Shown here one piece after another: positions 40,506 to 51,293 of a stretch of 64,000 nucleotides of DNA. The first letter of the stretch is position 1. The number at the start of each line of letters is the position of its first letter. The translations under genes were made by a program, and so were the position numbers. This DNA comes from Williopsis jadinii. Lineage: Eukaryota. The stretch covers positions 4,340,001-4,404,000 of the forward strand of contig AP024664.1 of NCBI GenBank assembly GCA_024346625.1, in the 5' to 3' direction. The notes under the pieces are model-generated. The model was not told the origin of the DNA. It ran no database searches and was given only the letters and a program-made list of their open reading frames with translations.

Positions 40506-42566
40506 TCATTGAACCTTCTCTCTACGTTTTACTTTCCAATTTCCCTCCTTCAGGTCCTTCCATATACCACGGACCACTGTTAACAAGGTATGTCTTCCAT
40601 CCCATAGAGGGAACAGTCCACAAGCAATGAAAGTCATATATGTCGTCATGAGTGCAAATGTAACCCAACCTTCGAAGAATGGCTTGTTAAAAATATAGTC
40701 TCTGTATAGAGGCAGGGGCCAAAGGACTTGTGTCACGAGAATATTGACAATTGCATAAATCCATGCCCATTTGATATACTTATCGGCCTTCTTATTGTAT
40801 TCTTCTTTGGTCAACCCATTTCTATAGATTTCTCTCTCTGGCTGATGTTCAACAGTATCTGTGGTGTTATCTTTCTCCTTTATGGACGCTTGATGCTCAA
40901 TAGGCTCTGGAATGGAGGAGTTCAAGTCAGAACTGTCATTAGTTTCTGGTTCATCATCCACCAGTCTTGCTTTCTGAAGCACGTTCCAATCGAATCTTTC
41001 TGGTTTTACAATGGTGATGAGGAAAGTGAGAACTCCTGGAAGGAAAAGTGCAGTGAGTCCACCGTATAGACATGGTAATTGTTCCATGGTGGTGTTGACG
41101 TTAACTGCGCCATACATCGACTTAGCAACGCCCAACCAGATCCCTAAACCTGCAAAGATACCGATAATTGGACTGATAAGGACAGCTGCTTTACTCTGTC
41201 TAGACCATGTGATGGAACAGATGAGTGGGATAACACCAGGACAGATCAACATTGAGTAGAAATACCCAACCCACGTTAAAGAGGCACCAACGTAGTGTAA
41301 CATGATACTGAAACCAGCAGCGAAGAAGCCAAAGAAAACAACACCGGCGTGAGATACACGAATCAACTCCTTGTTACCAGCATCAGGGTTGATGTACGCT
41401 CTGTAGACATCAAACGAAAGAATGGAAGAAACACTGATAGTCTGTGCACTCACCGTTGAAGTCACAGCGAGGAAGATACTCAAGAGACCAGCACCTACTG
41501 CTGGTTTTCCCAACAGAGCATCCATTGTATAGAATAGGCCGTAAGCGTTGTTGATATCATCTGAAGTCATACTGTTTGGATAAAGTGGAAACTCAGGTGT
41601 GTGCTCAAACACTCTGTTAAGCAAACCCCATATGGTTCCAATGGGGAAACTCATACAATAAACACCCAAGGAGCCGATGATATAGGCTGGAACAGTCGCA
41701 GTAACGTCAGCACTATATCCCTTTTGCCAGAAACTTGAATCCATCACTGTCAAACCCATGTCGCCGATGTTGTGAATCAGCCCAAAATACCACGATCCTT
41801 GAGATTTCATGGTTAACAGAGATCCTTGGTAGTTACCATCTATATAGAGACCTGATTCTTCTTGGAAGTCCACCACAAGGTCATAGAGTTTGCTCAAGCT
41901 TCCCACTTTGTCATTTGTGATGCCGACAGTTGAAAAGTACATGAATATTATGACTGCAATGAAGGTATGGACATAATCAGTCAAGAATGTCGATTTGAGT
42001 CCACCAATCACAGTATAACACAAGACACCGAATGGGATCAGCAAGTTCGCAGCGACTGGGTGTAAACCACACACTGCCATGAATACGTTAGAAGAACCAA
42101 GAATCATTGATGAACAGGATAGGATGTTGGTGACCAAGGACAGGAAAATATACAAGATGTGTGTTACAGTACCGTATCTCAGCTTGATAACCTCGAGAGA
42201 AGTATGGGCGTTGGGTATCTTCTTTTTCGATTCAGCACAGACTGCTGATAGGATAGCAATTTGGACAGAAAGAGTAGCAGCATACAAGTAAGCAGCACAG
42301 ATACCGTAGCTGTAAACCATCTGAGAAGACCAGATAAGCTCTGTAGCCCACAGCCAACTAGATAACACGGCACTGCTTGTCAAGCCAACACCAACCTTTC
42401 TACCAGCAACCATAAAGTTCTCAGTGGAGTTCTCATCTTCATTGAGGTATCTGTGTGTTAATCTAACAAAGAACAGAATCATCACTGCAAAGAAAGCACC
42501 ACATCCAACGAGTATTCCATACCCGACGCCTTGATCGAGAATCTCGATTGCATTGCTAGAACCCAT
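40506..42566 (-). CDS. DUR3-like SSS transporter, tandem copy 1 (686 aa)
   Basis: LDQGVGYG, SSWLWAT, GGLKSTFLTDYVHT, DSSFWQK, SFDVYRAYINP, PLWDGR. Confidence 0.9.
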   Translation of the reverse strand: MGSSNAIEILDQGVGYGILVGCGAFFAVMILFFVRLTHRYLNEDENSTENFMVAGRKVGVGLTSSAVLSSWLWATELIWSSQMVYSYGICAAYLYAATLSVQIAILSAVCAESKKKIPNAHTSLEVIKLRYGTVTHILYIFLSLVTNILSCSSMILGSSNVFMAVCGLHPVAANLLIPFGVLCYTVIGGLKSTFLTDYVHTFIAVIIFMYFSTVGITNDKVGSLSKLYDLVVDFQEESGLYIDGNYQGSLLTMKSQGSWYFGLIHNIGDMGLTVMDSSFWQKGYSADVTATVPAYIIGSLGVYCMSFPIGTIWGLLNRVFEHTPEFPLYPNSMTSDDINNAYGLFYTMDALLGKPAVGAGLLSIFLAVTSTVSAQTISVSSILSFDVYRAYINPDAGNKELIRVSHAGVVFFGFFAAGFSIMLHYVGASLTWVGYFYSMLICPGVIPLICSITWSRQSKAAVLISPIIGIFAGLGIWLGVAKSMYGAVNVNTTMEQLPCLYGGLTALFLPGVLTFLITIVKPERFDWNVLQKARLVDDEPETNDSSDLNSSIPEPIEHQASIKEKDNTTDTVEHQPEREIYRNGLTKEEYNKKADKYIKWAWIYAIVNILVTQVLWPLPLYRDYIFNKPFFEGWVTFALMTTYMTFIACGLFPLWDGRHTLLTVVRGIWKDLKEGNWKVKRREKVQ

Positions 42567-43757
42567 GCTGACTGATGGTCAAGACAGGGTCAATTGTGGG
42601 TCTTCAAAGCTACGGGAGATGCTATTCTTTATATATGCGGTTCGACATTTGTAGAGCCCTCTTCACAGTTTTGTTTCTCTTTGTATGTCTCTCCGGTCAA
42701 ATGATCTGTCGAGGTTATCAAAGCTGATTGTTGAAGCCTTTCTCGCATTGGTGTATATGTGGCTTCTGTGAGTGCATAGGCCTTCATCAACCTCGTGGCC
42801 AAAGTGCGTTTCCATAATGCATGGACGGAGACATTGTTGATCTGCAAAGTCGGTATAGCTGCTGTGGGAGTTTTGAACGATGCATAGACTCACTGTTAGA
42901 CAGCGCAACTGTGGCTTCTCATGCTAATTATCTTTCGCTCCAAGGCCCTGATCAGCTAGATTTTCAAACCTCGGAGCAAATGTTGGTAGAGCAAGCTCAA
43001 CTGTCTTGCAATTACAAGATTAGAAAGCATCATCTTCTTAGTTTCAGGTTACGTGAAGCAGTGCAATGAGCGTGCAGGTCGCTTTCGAAAAGTCTTAGTA
43101 TAGTGAAATTAAACCGGGGTAAAACTACAATTGAATCATCTGCGTTGGCGATCTGCATCACATTTGGTCCCGTAATATGACGTTGCCAATTATGGAGATG
43201 ATTGCCACAACCGTACGTTAGAACGGCAACGTAGCAAGTGTTACGCTCAGCATGTTGTAAGGCTCAGAACATACACATTTTTCGAATTGAAATCTCAATT
43301 GGATTGCAAAACATTGGCCAATTAGCCTTTGGAAGACCTGGATATCAACCGGACATAATCGATTTACTCCAGAACTCATCGTGGAACTGCGTTGAAAACA
43401 CACACTGTTCTTGTGCTTGATGAATTTATTAGATTATTGACATCATTTGTTGACAATCTGATCCACACTTACTCATCAAGTGAACCACAAGTCTATTCGT
43501 GGATGTTTAATGTCTCAAGCTACCACACCGAGACCTGTGTCAGAGGGCATGCGCAGAATATTTCACTGTCTAATTATCGCAGTATGAACCCATGACGGGA
43601 TATGCAAATGAGAACGAGATTATCTTTTGAGGAAGTCCATGCAGCGCTCAGTGCGTCAGAGAGTACACGAGCTCACCATTGGAAAGGATCTACGTGTGAA
43701 AGCTATTCCTGTATTCCAGAACCAGCAGTGAAATTCCATCTAATAGACACGAAGGAC

Positions 43758-45818
43758 TTATTCCTTTTCTTTTCGCCAGATCTTCCAGTTCCCCTGCTTG
43801 AAATCCTGCCTGATACCACGAAGCACTTTCAAAAGACTGTGTCTACCGTCCCATAATGGATAAATGCCAACGGCAATGAACGTAGCGTAGGTGGTCATTA
43901 TGGATATAACGACCCATCCTTTGAAGAATGGTTTAGTAAAGACATAATCTCTGTACAAGGGTAATGGCCAGAGCACCTGTGTGACGAGAAGATTGAAGAT
44001 AGCATAGATCCAGGCCCATTTGATATAGCTGTTGGACTTTTGCTCGTACTGCTCCTTTGTGAGTCCATTTCTATAGATTTGAGGCTGTGCTTCTACAACC
44101 TCAGAGGTTAAACCCTTTTCAATGTTAACATCCTTTGTGGTGATGTTTTGAAGTTCAACAGAAGAGGAGTCCTTATCCACTGCAAATACTTCATTTCCAT
44201 CGTCTTCTTCAACCAGTAGTTTGGCTTGCTTGAGAACTTCCCAGTCAAACGGCTCAGAAGGTCTAAGGAAAGAAATAATCACTGTAAGGAAGCCAGGAAG
44301 GAACAACGCAGTTATGCCACCGTAGAGACATGGCAGTTGCTTTATTGTCGTGTCAATGTTGACAGCACCGTACACGTGCTTGGCCACACCCATCCAAACT
44401 CCAAGACCAGCACAGATTGTCACAACGGGACTGATCAGGACAGCAGCTTTACTTTGCCTCGTCCAGGTAATAGAACAAATCAATGGAATAACACCTGGAC
44501 AGGTAAGCATGGACTTGAAATACGCCAGCCATGTCACCGAAATGTCGGCATAGTGCAACATGATACTGAAGCCAGCAGCAAAGAAGCCAAAGAAAACAAC
44601 GCCAAAGTGGGAGACTCGAATCAATTCACTGTTGCCAGCATCAGGGTTGATGTATGCTCTGTAGATATCGAAGGAAAGGATGGAAGAGACACTAATAGTC
44701 TGTGCACTCACAGTGGAGGTTACAGCAAGGAAGATGCTAAAGAGACCAGCACCAACAGCACCTTTACCGAGCAGAGCATACATGGTATAGAACAAGCCGT
44801 ACGCATTGTTAATATCCATTTTGCTCATTCCGTCTGGATAGAGTGGAAACTCAGGCCTGTTTTCAAATACTCTGTTCAACAGACCCCAAATGGTGCCAAT
44901 GGGGAAACTCAGAGAGTAAACACCAAGTGAACCAATGATATAAGCTGGGACCGTTGCGGTGACATCTGCACTGTACGCCTTTTGCCAGAAACTTGAATCC
45001 ATCACTGTCAAACCCATGTCGCCGATATTATGGATGATACCAAAGAACCATGAGCCTCTTGATTTCATAGTAATGAGAGAGCCTTCGTAATTGCCATTAA
45101 TATAGAGACCAGACTCTTCTTGGAAGTCCACCACAAGGTTATACAGATTGGACAAGCTTCCAACCCTCTCGTTGGTGATTCCCACTGTTCCGATGTACAT
45201 AAATATTATCAAAGCGATAAAAGTATGAACGTAGTCTGTCAAGAAAGTTGATCTAAGCCCACCAACAACAGTATACAACAACACACCAAAAGGAATGAGC
45301 AAGTTTGCAGCAACTGGGTGTAGACCACACAGGGCCACGAATATATTGGCCGCACCCAATATCATAGAGGAGCATGAAATGATATTTGTAACCAATGACA
45401 GGAAAATATACAGTACGTGAGTTGCAGTTCCATATCTTAGCTTGATAACTTCCAAGGAAGTATGTGCATTTGGAATCTTCTTCTTCGACTCAGCCCCAAC
45501 AACTGAGAGCACAGCAATCTGCACCGAGAGTGTAGCAGCATAAAGGTAGCCAGCACAAATACCATAGCTATAAACCATCTGAGCCGATAAGATCATCTCT
45601 GTCGCCCATAGCCAACTGGAAAGCACTGCACAACTTGTCAGACCAACACCAACTCTTCTCCCTGCAACCATAAAGTTCTCAGTGGAGTTCTCATCCTCAT
45701 GGAGGTATCTATGTGTCAATCTTACAACAGTCAGGATCATCACTGCAAAAAATGCACCACCTCCAACTAGAATACCGTAACCGGCTCCTTGATCTAAGAT
45801 CTTGATCTGCGAGCTCAT
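43758..45818 (-). CDS. DUR3-like SSS transporter, tandem copy 2 (686 aa)
   Basis: Colinear paralogue of 40506-42566 with the same motifs. Confidence 0.9.
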   Translation of the reverse strand: MSSQIKILDQGAGYGILVGGGAFFAVMILTVVRLTHRYLHEDENSTENFMVAGRRVGVGLTSCAVLSSWLWATEMILSAQMVYSYGICAGYLYAATLSVQIAVLSVVGAESKKKIPNAHTSLEVIKLRYGTATHVLYIFLSLVTNIISCSSMILGAANIFVALCGLHPVAANLLIPFGVLLYTVVGGLRSTFLTDYVHTFIALIIFMYIGTVGITNERVGSLSNLYNLVVDFQEESGLYINGNYEGSLITMKSRGSWFFGIIHNIGDMGLTVMDSSFWQKAYSADVTATVPAYIIGSLGVYSLSFPIGTIWGLLNRVFENRPEFPLYPDGMSKMDINNAYGLFYTMYALLGKGAVGAGLFSIFLAVTSTVSAQTISVSSILSFDIYRAYINPDAGNSELIRVSHFGVVFFGFFAAGFSIMLHYADISVTWLAYFKSMLTCPGVIPLICSITWTRQSKAAVLISPVVTICAGLGVWMGVAKHVYGAVNIDTTIKQLPCLYGGITALFLPGFLTVIISFLRPSEPFDWEVLKQAKLLVEEDDGNEVFAVDKDSSSVELQNITTKDVNIEKGLTSEVVEAQPQIYRNGLTKEQYEQKSNSYIKWAWIYAIFNLLVTQVLWPLPLYRDYVFTKPFFKGWVVISIMTTYATFIAVGIYPLWDGRHSLLKVLRGIRQDFKQGNWKIWRKEKE

Positions 45819-46828
45819 CCTGAGTGCGTTATGGTCAATTGCTTGATACCTAAGGATCCACTTCAGGGCCCTTCCATCATCCTTATATACACTATTGAGA
45901 GTGTCCTTATGGATTGCACCATTGGGTGAGGTTGCGCTTGGTCCACTCTTTGAAGAGAAAGAGACGCTCAGCTGTATAAATTTATTGGCGGCCGTGAGTT
46001 ATCTGTGGCTCTACTTCAACCACATGGGAGTGGTTAGAACTGTAGACATTGATAGAGAACCACCTTCATGACACCCTAACAGACTGTATAATCAGATGTT
46101 GTGGCGCACTTCAACCACAGTACCAAAGATTCATAGACCTAGTGCATTATATAGACGTCGATAGGCGACTCCACGTTGCAGGTGCCAAACTTGACAGTTC
46201 TATATACTGTGTGATTACGACGATACTGTGTATGCTTCATCTCTTAGCGACAAGAATAGAAACTAATACGCCAAATAGGGCACACCTCGGCCATTGAAGC
46301 AACCATTGGTTTATTGATAAACCCAGCAAGTTGAATAATACGTTTCGTGGTTGAATAGTCACAACTTCATATCCATCTTACTCATGCAAAAGCGTATACG
46401 CATCCTGCCGTTGTAACGTTGCCCGAGCAACTGGGCCACTCCGGGAATGTCAGGGGAGGAAAGTCCGCGATGGTAGGGACACCCGGAATAGCCAATGAAG
46501 GCGCTTTAAAAGGGGAATATCCCAGAAACTTAATATAGAAGATTCATATAATATCATAATATCTAGAATCTCATAGATATGAGCTTTCACATGAATCACT
46601 TTTTAAAATCTTCTCATTGGTTTGAAAATTTCATCTCCTAGGCCCTCTCCCCGTAAATTTTCCTGAACCATTTTTTCATGAGCAACTTGCAGAATTGGAA
46701 AAGTTTACACCAAAAAGTTGAAAATTTGACCAAAATTTGGATGCTTTCGATTTGCGTTTGTTTTGCATATTTGTGTATGATAGTGCATTGAGATACAGTG
46801 TTGCTCTGGATATGCTCTCGAAAATACG

Positions 46829-46860
46829 AGCGCGCGTCCCTCGCGCATTTCTCACGCGTC
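46829..46860. promoter_or_regulatory. MCB/SCB-like CGCG cluster
   Basis: agcgcgcgtccctcgcgcatttctcacgcgtc, with a perfect ACGCGT at 46854. Confidence 0.5.
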
Positions 46861-46914
46861 GCTGAAGAAAGTTTGTTGTCGTAAACTTTATCTCTTCCTA
46901 TCACCACCGTAGAG

Positions 46915-47822
46915 ATGAGTAAAAGTCGAAGGTCATGAATATGGATCACCGAGCTGTTACTACTCCTACAAGCAGACAGATCGAAGACTATCAGTGGACA
47001 AAGAGAGCGTGTCCCAGCTGACGGAGAATGAGCTAAAAGAGGCTGTGAGAAAGTTGTTGGACGTTCGTATCCCCCATATCCCATGTATTAAACGCTTCAA
47101 AGCATTGGAAACGGTTGAGAGGGCTACATGAATACCAGTTGCTGTGTTTGAGCAGCTCAAGACATAAGTATGTGATAGGCGAAAACATATTCGTGAAAGA
47201 ATCTAAACTGCTAGACGTACTGAGAGAGGTCTGGCAACAGCTACTGTATCGGATGAGGAAGAGACGTGTGTCCCGTTTTACTTTGATTGTTGCATCTCAA
47301 GCCCAGTGTACTCCACTACAGCTCAGCCTGCTGATAATTGGCAACAGATTCTTCTTGATGGATTTCAGTAACACCTTGCTTGAAAAAATATAGACGTGAT
47401 AGGTTATATCCTCAAAAGCTGTTCTGAATTGGATGCTTTGCCAGTACTGTACAAACTCATAGATCGTGAGTAGACCTCCCTGTAGTGATAGGGAGTTGAA
47501 ACGATTTGTAGAGAAACAGAGAAAGAAGTATAAGAAGACTGTTTTAGGTCTCTACATGCCATAAAAGAGAGTCCTCAACATGTCAGTAATCATGCTTGAG
47601 AGTTTGACCGAGGAGAAGAAAAAATAAGGGGCGACACTTGTTAAAACCATCAATGAGAATATTGTCATTATGGCTAACATAGAGGTTTGTGGTGGCTTCG
47701 TTAGAACAATACGTCTGATAGCCGAACAAACAGCTGAGGTTGAAAGGATTAAGAAAAGAGTCATGACATGGGCATCACAGGAAGGTGTTCGTGCTTTTGA
47801 AGAATTTGTGTCTAGTGGATAA
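46915..47822 (+). pseudogene. Possible decayed ORF (~300 codons, frameshifts and several stops)
   Basis: ATG then a 1-nt frameshift into KVEGHEYGSPSCYYSYKQTDRRLSVDKESVSQLTENELKEAVRKLLD..., ending ...VERIKKRVMTWASQEGVRAFEEFVSSG*. Purine-rich, coding-like composition. No family recognised. Confidence 0.3.
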
Positions 47823-48836
47823 AACAGCAAGTGAATCAACCAAGACGACCACTGCTCTTTCATTTATCCCTTTGATTAGAATCCTTGAATATATTAAACA
47901 CTCACGGTGTAATAGTAGCCCGCAGTTTACTGCAACTGGGTATGCTTCCTCAAGGTGAGCATCGGTTTGGCAGCATGGACTCTGGCTTTGTTGACCAAGA
48001 TTTTGTGAGTCTGTAAGAGAACAGCTTCACCGCTGGAAATATGCTAACTTTGCCTCGCACAAGTGCCATTGGACACCTCTATGAGGATTATGACATTGCT
48101 CAGACATAAAATTCACATATCATTAGTTGAACATTCTCAACTGGCTCGATCCTCTGTTTCTGAACACCGTACCTTTTACAAGTCCTATCAACATACCAAA
48201 GGGCCACGGAGTGTAAATCATAATGGTGGCTACGTTATTAACCTAAACTATGAGTCTTCCTTCCGATGGTTGTCCCATTTAGTTCTCTATTGTTGTTGAT
48301 GTGGTGATCTGGATCTGCGAAGCTATGTAGAATCTTGTGAAATTTCGCTATTTTGTTACCTTGAAATTACTCAAGTAGGAAGTTTTGCGGGAAAACAAGC
48401 TTGTGCAAATTGACGAGAAGATGCATAAATGCTGCAGCTCAACAAAACACAAAACGAACCCAAACACCACGTACAGTTCGTAAACTATAAAAGCTCTTCC
48501 GGAGACAAATATCACTCAATTGATGTCTCATTGGCAGCTACAAATGCTCAAATAAACCTGGAAACCGAACAATACAGGGCAGAAGTTGGAGTTTTCAAAG
48601 AGAAACCTTCAAAGAACTGGGCTTATCCTTTCTGATTACATTCTAGCGCTCTAGTAAAAATGGCAACAACTGCAAGTGAGGGCATACATGAGATCCGCAT
48701 GAAGATGCATATCATTGCATCATAAAAACACCCAAACACCACGTCCCAGGCCATTGGCCACGGAATCAATTTTAAGCCTACCGGCCTTCTTCAACTTCAA
48801 CGTGGCATCGGAAAGCAGTATCATCAATCAGCACAA

Positions 48837-49309
48837 ATGCTTCTTTCAAAAATCACATCAATCTTTTCTATTGCTGCAGTTGCTCTTGCATCTGATGGGC
48901 TGCAAATTGGTGAGTGATGGTTGTTCTCTTTCTGTTTCCGTTTAAAGCAATCTAACTGGTGATAGGAATCCTCCATAAAGTACCAGAAGATGAATGCACA
49001 CATAAGGCGTCTAATGGTGACACTGTGTCTGTTCATTACACAGGGTCTCTGAAATCCGATGGCACTGTGTTTGACTCGTCGTTATCCCGCGGAGAGCCAA
49101 TTACTTTCCCATTGGGTACCGGCAGAGTCATCAAAGGTTGGGACCAAGGTATCTTGGGTATGTGCATTGGTGAGAAGCGTAAGCTCACTATCCCTCCAGA
49201 GTTGGGATACGGTTCAAGAGGTGCCGGTGGTGTGATCCCTCCAAATGCTGACTTGGTATTCACAGTGGAATTGGTTGACATTGCACATGAAACCAGAGAT
49301 GAGTTGTAA
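48837..49309 (+). CDS. FPR2: ER FKBP-type peptidyl-prolyl isomerase (FKBP13), intron 48910-48965
   Basis: Exon 1 encodes signal peptide [20 protein letters not shown]. Intron [32 protein letters not shown]-terminal RDEL. Confidence 0.93.
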
Positions 49310-49442
49310 TTCTGTATCAGTTTTCTCTTTAATGCTTATCACAATGCTACTATTTCAATGTAGAGTTTTACTCTTGTAAAAAATGTCGTCCATTAAGGCC
49401 TAATAGTACTGGGCAATGTACACCATCATCAGGATTGCAATG

Positions 49443-50945
49443 TCACGTTTCATTGATCTGAGTTTCACTGCGAGTCTGTTGGGCTTGCTGGTGTTGCTGC
49501 TCTTTTAGACGGGCCTTTGCATCATTAGCTTTCTTGTCCATGTTGATCCTGTTGTTGATAAGATAGATAGCAGTTTGGTTACCATACGCATTGCCAACAA
49601 TTGTGACCCTTCTCTGTGAAGATCCAGCTTCAGGATCACCGATGATAACGTTCGAACCACTTTGTTCTTTAATACTTTTAATCGTCTTTCCCATCTTGCC
49701 TATGACGTTACCTACGTAGTCATTTGGAATATACAGCTCATGGGTAATTTTCGCATCATCCAAAGGCAACGATATCGGCAGTGGATTGATAAACCCAGCA
49801 CTTGAGACACCTCCACCATTACCCCCTCCTCCACCAGCAACTGCGCTGTTCACACCTTCAATGCTCTGAAATGTTTCTGATCCTGATTGTAATGATAATC
49901 CGTTGAAGTGCGCCTGTGTATAATGTTGTCCACTAAGTGCTGCAGGTAGAGTGTATCCCATAACGTTAGTTGGCATTATACCAGGTAGTCTCAATCCACC
50001 GGGCCCATTGACTCCACTGCTAGGGACCCCGGCTTTACTCGCAAGCTCTGCCTTAACAGGATCATAGAATATCACATCCCCTCTCAAGGGTCTCAGCCCT
50101 AGTATTGTCTGCGCAACGTAATAAACTGCAATGTGTACAGCATCAGCGACACCACGGATCGTGAGACACCGATCTGTTGAAAAGGGCATCATTTTGGACT
50201 CGGCACTGAGTACTGCAGCCGAGTCCTCCTCAATTTCTCTGAACCTCGAGCCCTGTTTCCCAATAACATAGCCTATAGCGTTGTTAGGGACCAAGAGCCG
50301 TAGGTCATAGGGGTGAGACTCTGCACTTGAAGGTCTATCCTCCTCCTCGCCAACGATGGCTCGTACAATCAGTCCAAACGCCTTGGCAACGTTCTCCGCG
50401 GAGCCCTTCACAAAGACAACGCGCTCGACAACATCTTTGATGTTTTCACTAACTTGTAAACGCGCACCTGACGCGCTCTTGATATGGTTTATGGTTTCAC
50501 CACGTTTCCCAACTATGAGTCCAGCCTCTTTCGCCAGACAGAGCATACGGAAGCACACATACGTGGGATCATCCGGGTACTTCTTCCCATTCACACTAAG
50601 CGCCTGTGTCAGGGCGTCACCATTACTACCGCGGCCGTTACCATCATCAACAGCACCGTTTTCTACGCCGCCTTCCTCATCAACTCCGTGCTGGCTGGAG
50701 ACTCCGTGTCCCTCCTGGAACGCCTCCCCATTGTCACTGTCCCCCTCCATAGGGTGGTCGTCATCACTGGCGCCAGCACCATCGCCACCGCCACCACCAC
50801 TACCGTTCGTATCATCATCGATATGCCCATTGTTTATCACCACGGCACTGCTATCGCCAGCTTCAACATCAACCTCAGCGTCCAGGGCAACACGTTTCGT
50901 ATTGTCGTTACCGTTCACGTCCTCCTCGTTCTTTCTCTTCAACAT
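49443..50945 (-). CDS. PBP2: Three-KH-domain RNA-binding protein
   Basis: KH motifs IVGKRG, VIGKQG, VIGKMG. FRMLCL...ERVVFVKG...VAKAFGLIVRA matches Pbp2 KH1. Confidence 0.85.
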   Translation of the reverse strand: MLKRKNEEDVNGNDNTKRVALDAEVDVEAGDSSAVVINNGHIDDDTNGSGGGGGDGAGASDDDHPMEGDSDNGEAFQEGHGVSSQHGVDEEGGVENGAVDDGNGRGSNGDALTQALSVNGKKYPDDPTYVCFRMLCLAKEAGLIVGKRGETINHIKSASGARLQVSENIKDVVERVVFVKGSAENVAKAFGLIVRAIVGEEEDRPSSAESHPYDLRLLVPNNAIGYVIGKQGSRFREIEEDSAAVLSAESKMMPFSTDRCLTIRGVADAVHIAVYYVAQTILGLRPLRGDVIFYDPVKAELASKAGVPSSGVNGPGGLRLPGIMPTNVMGYTLPAALSGQHYTQAHFNGLSLQSGSETFQSIEGVNSAVAGGGGGNGGGVSSAGFINPLPISLPLDDAKITHELYIPNDYVGNVIGKMGKTIKSIKEQSGSNVIIGDPEAGSSQRRVTIVGNAYGNQTAIYLINNRINMDKKANDAKARLKEQQHQQAQQTRSETQINET

Positions 50946-51147
50946 TAGGGGGGAAAGTTAGTGTCCTTCTTCGTCTTCTGCTGTTGCCGCTGTCGTTGCT
51001 GTTGCTGTTGTGGTTTGTTCTCTGTCAATCGCGCGGTTTGTTTTCCCTTTTGATGAATTTGTCTTGTTATTTTTCCCGGTTTACTTTTGTGGTCAATGGG
51101 AAACCGGCAAAGGCCCGGTTTTCGTTTCCCTGTTGCCGAGGAAACGA

Positions 51148-51203
51148 GAATGTCGAGGTGTCCGGGTTTTTAAATGTCCAGGTGTATAGATGTCCAGGTG
51201 TTA
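51148..51203. repeat. 8-bp-period RRRTGTCY array (telomere/Rap1-site-like), 7 units, in the PBP2/KEL3 promoter
   Basis: gaatgtcg aggtgtcc gggttttt aaatgtcc aggtgtat agatgtcc aggtgtta, directly followed by gtataaa. Confidence 0.75.
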
Positions 51204-51293
51204 GTATAAACTTTTCCACTTCCTGCTGCGCTCTCTTTATGTCCCACGCACAGCTTCTCCAACTCTCACCAGCTTAGAACAATCCCTTCAACC

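Noticed and set aside
44226..44930. Long antisense ORFs (also 50356-50961, 61974-62570 and others)
   Set aside because: Shadows of real genes on the opposite strand, with no recognisable motifs.
46456..46466. GAGGAAAGTCC resembling the RNase P/MRP CR-I motif
   Set aside because: No complementary CR-V/P4 partner or closing helix found downstream; likely chance.
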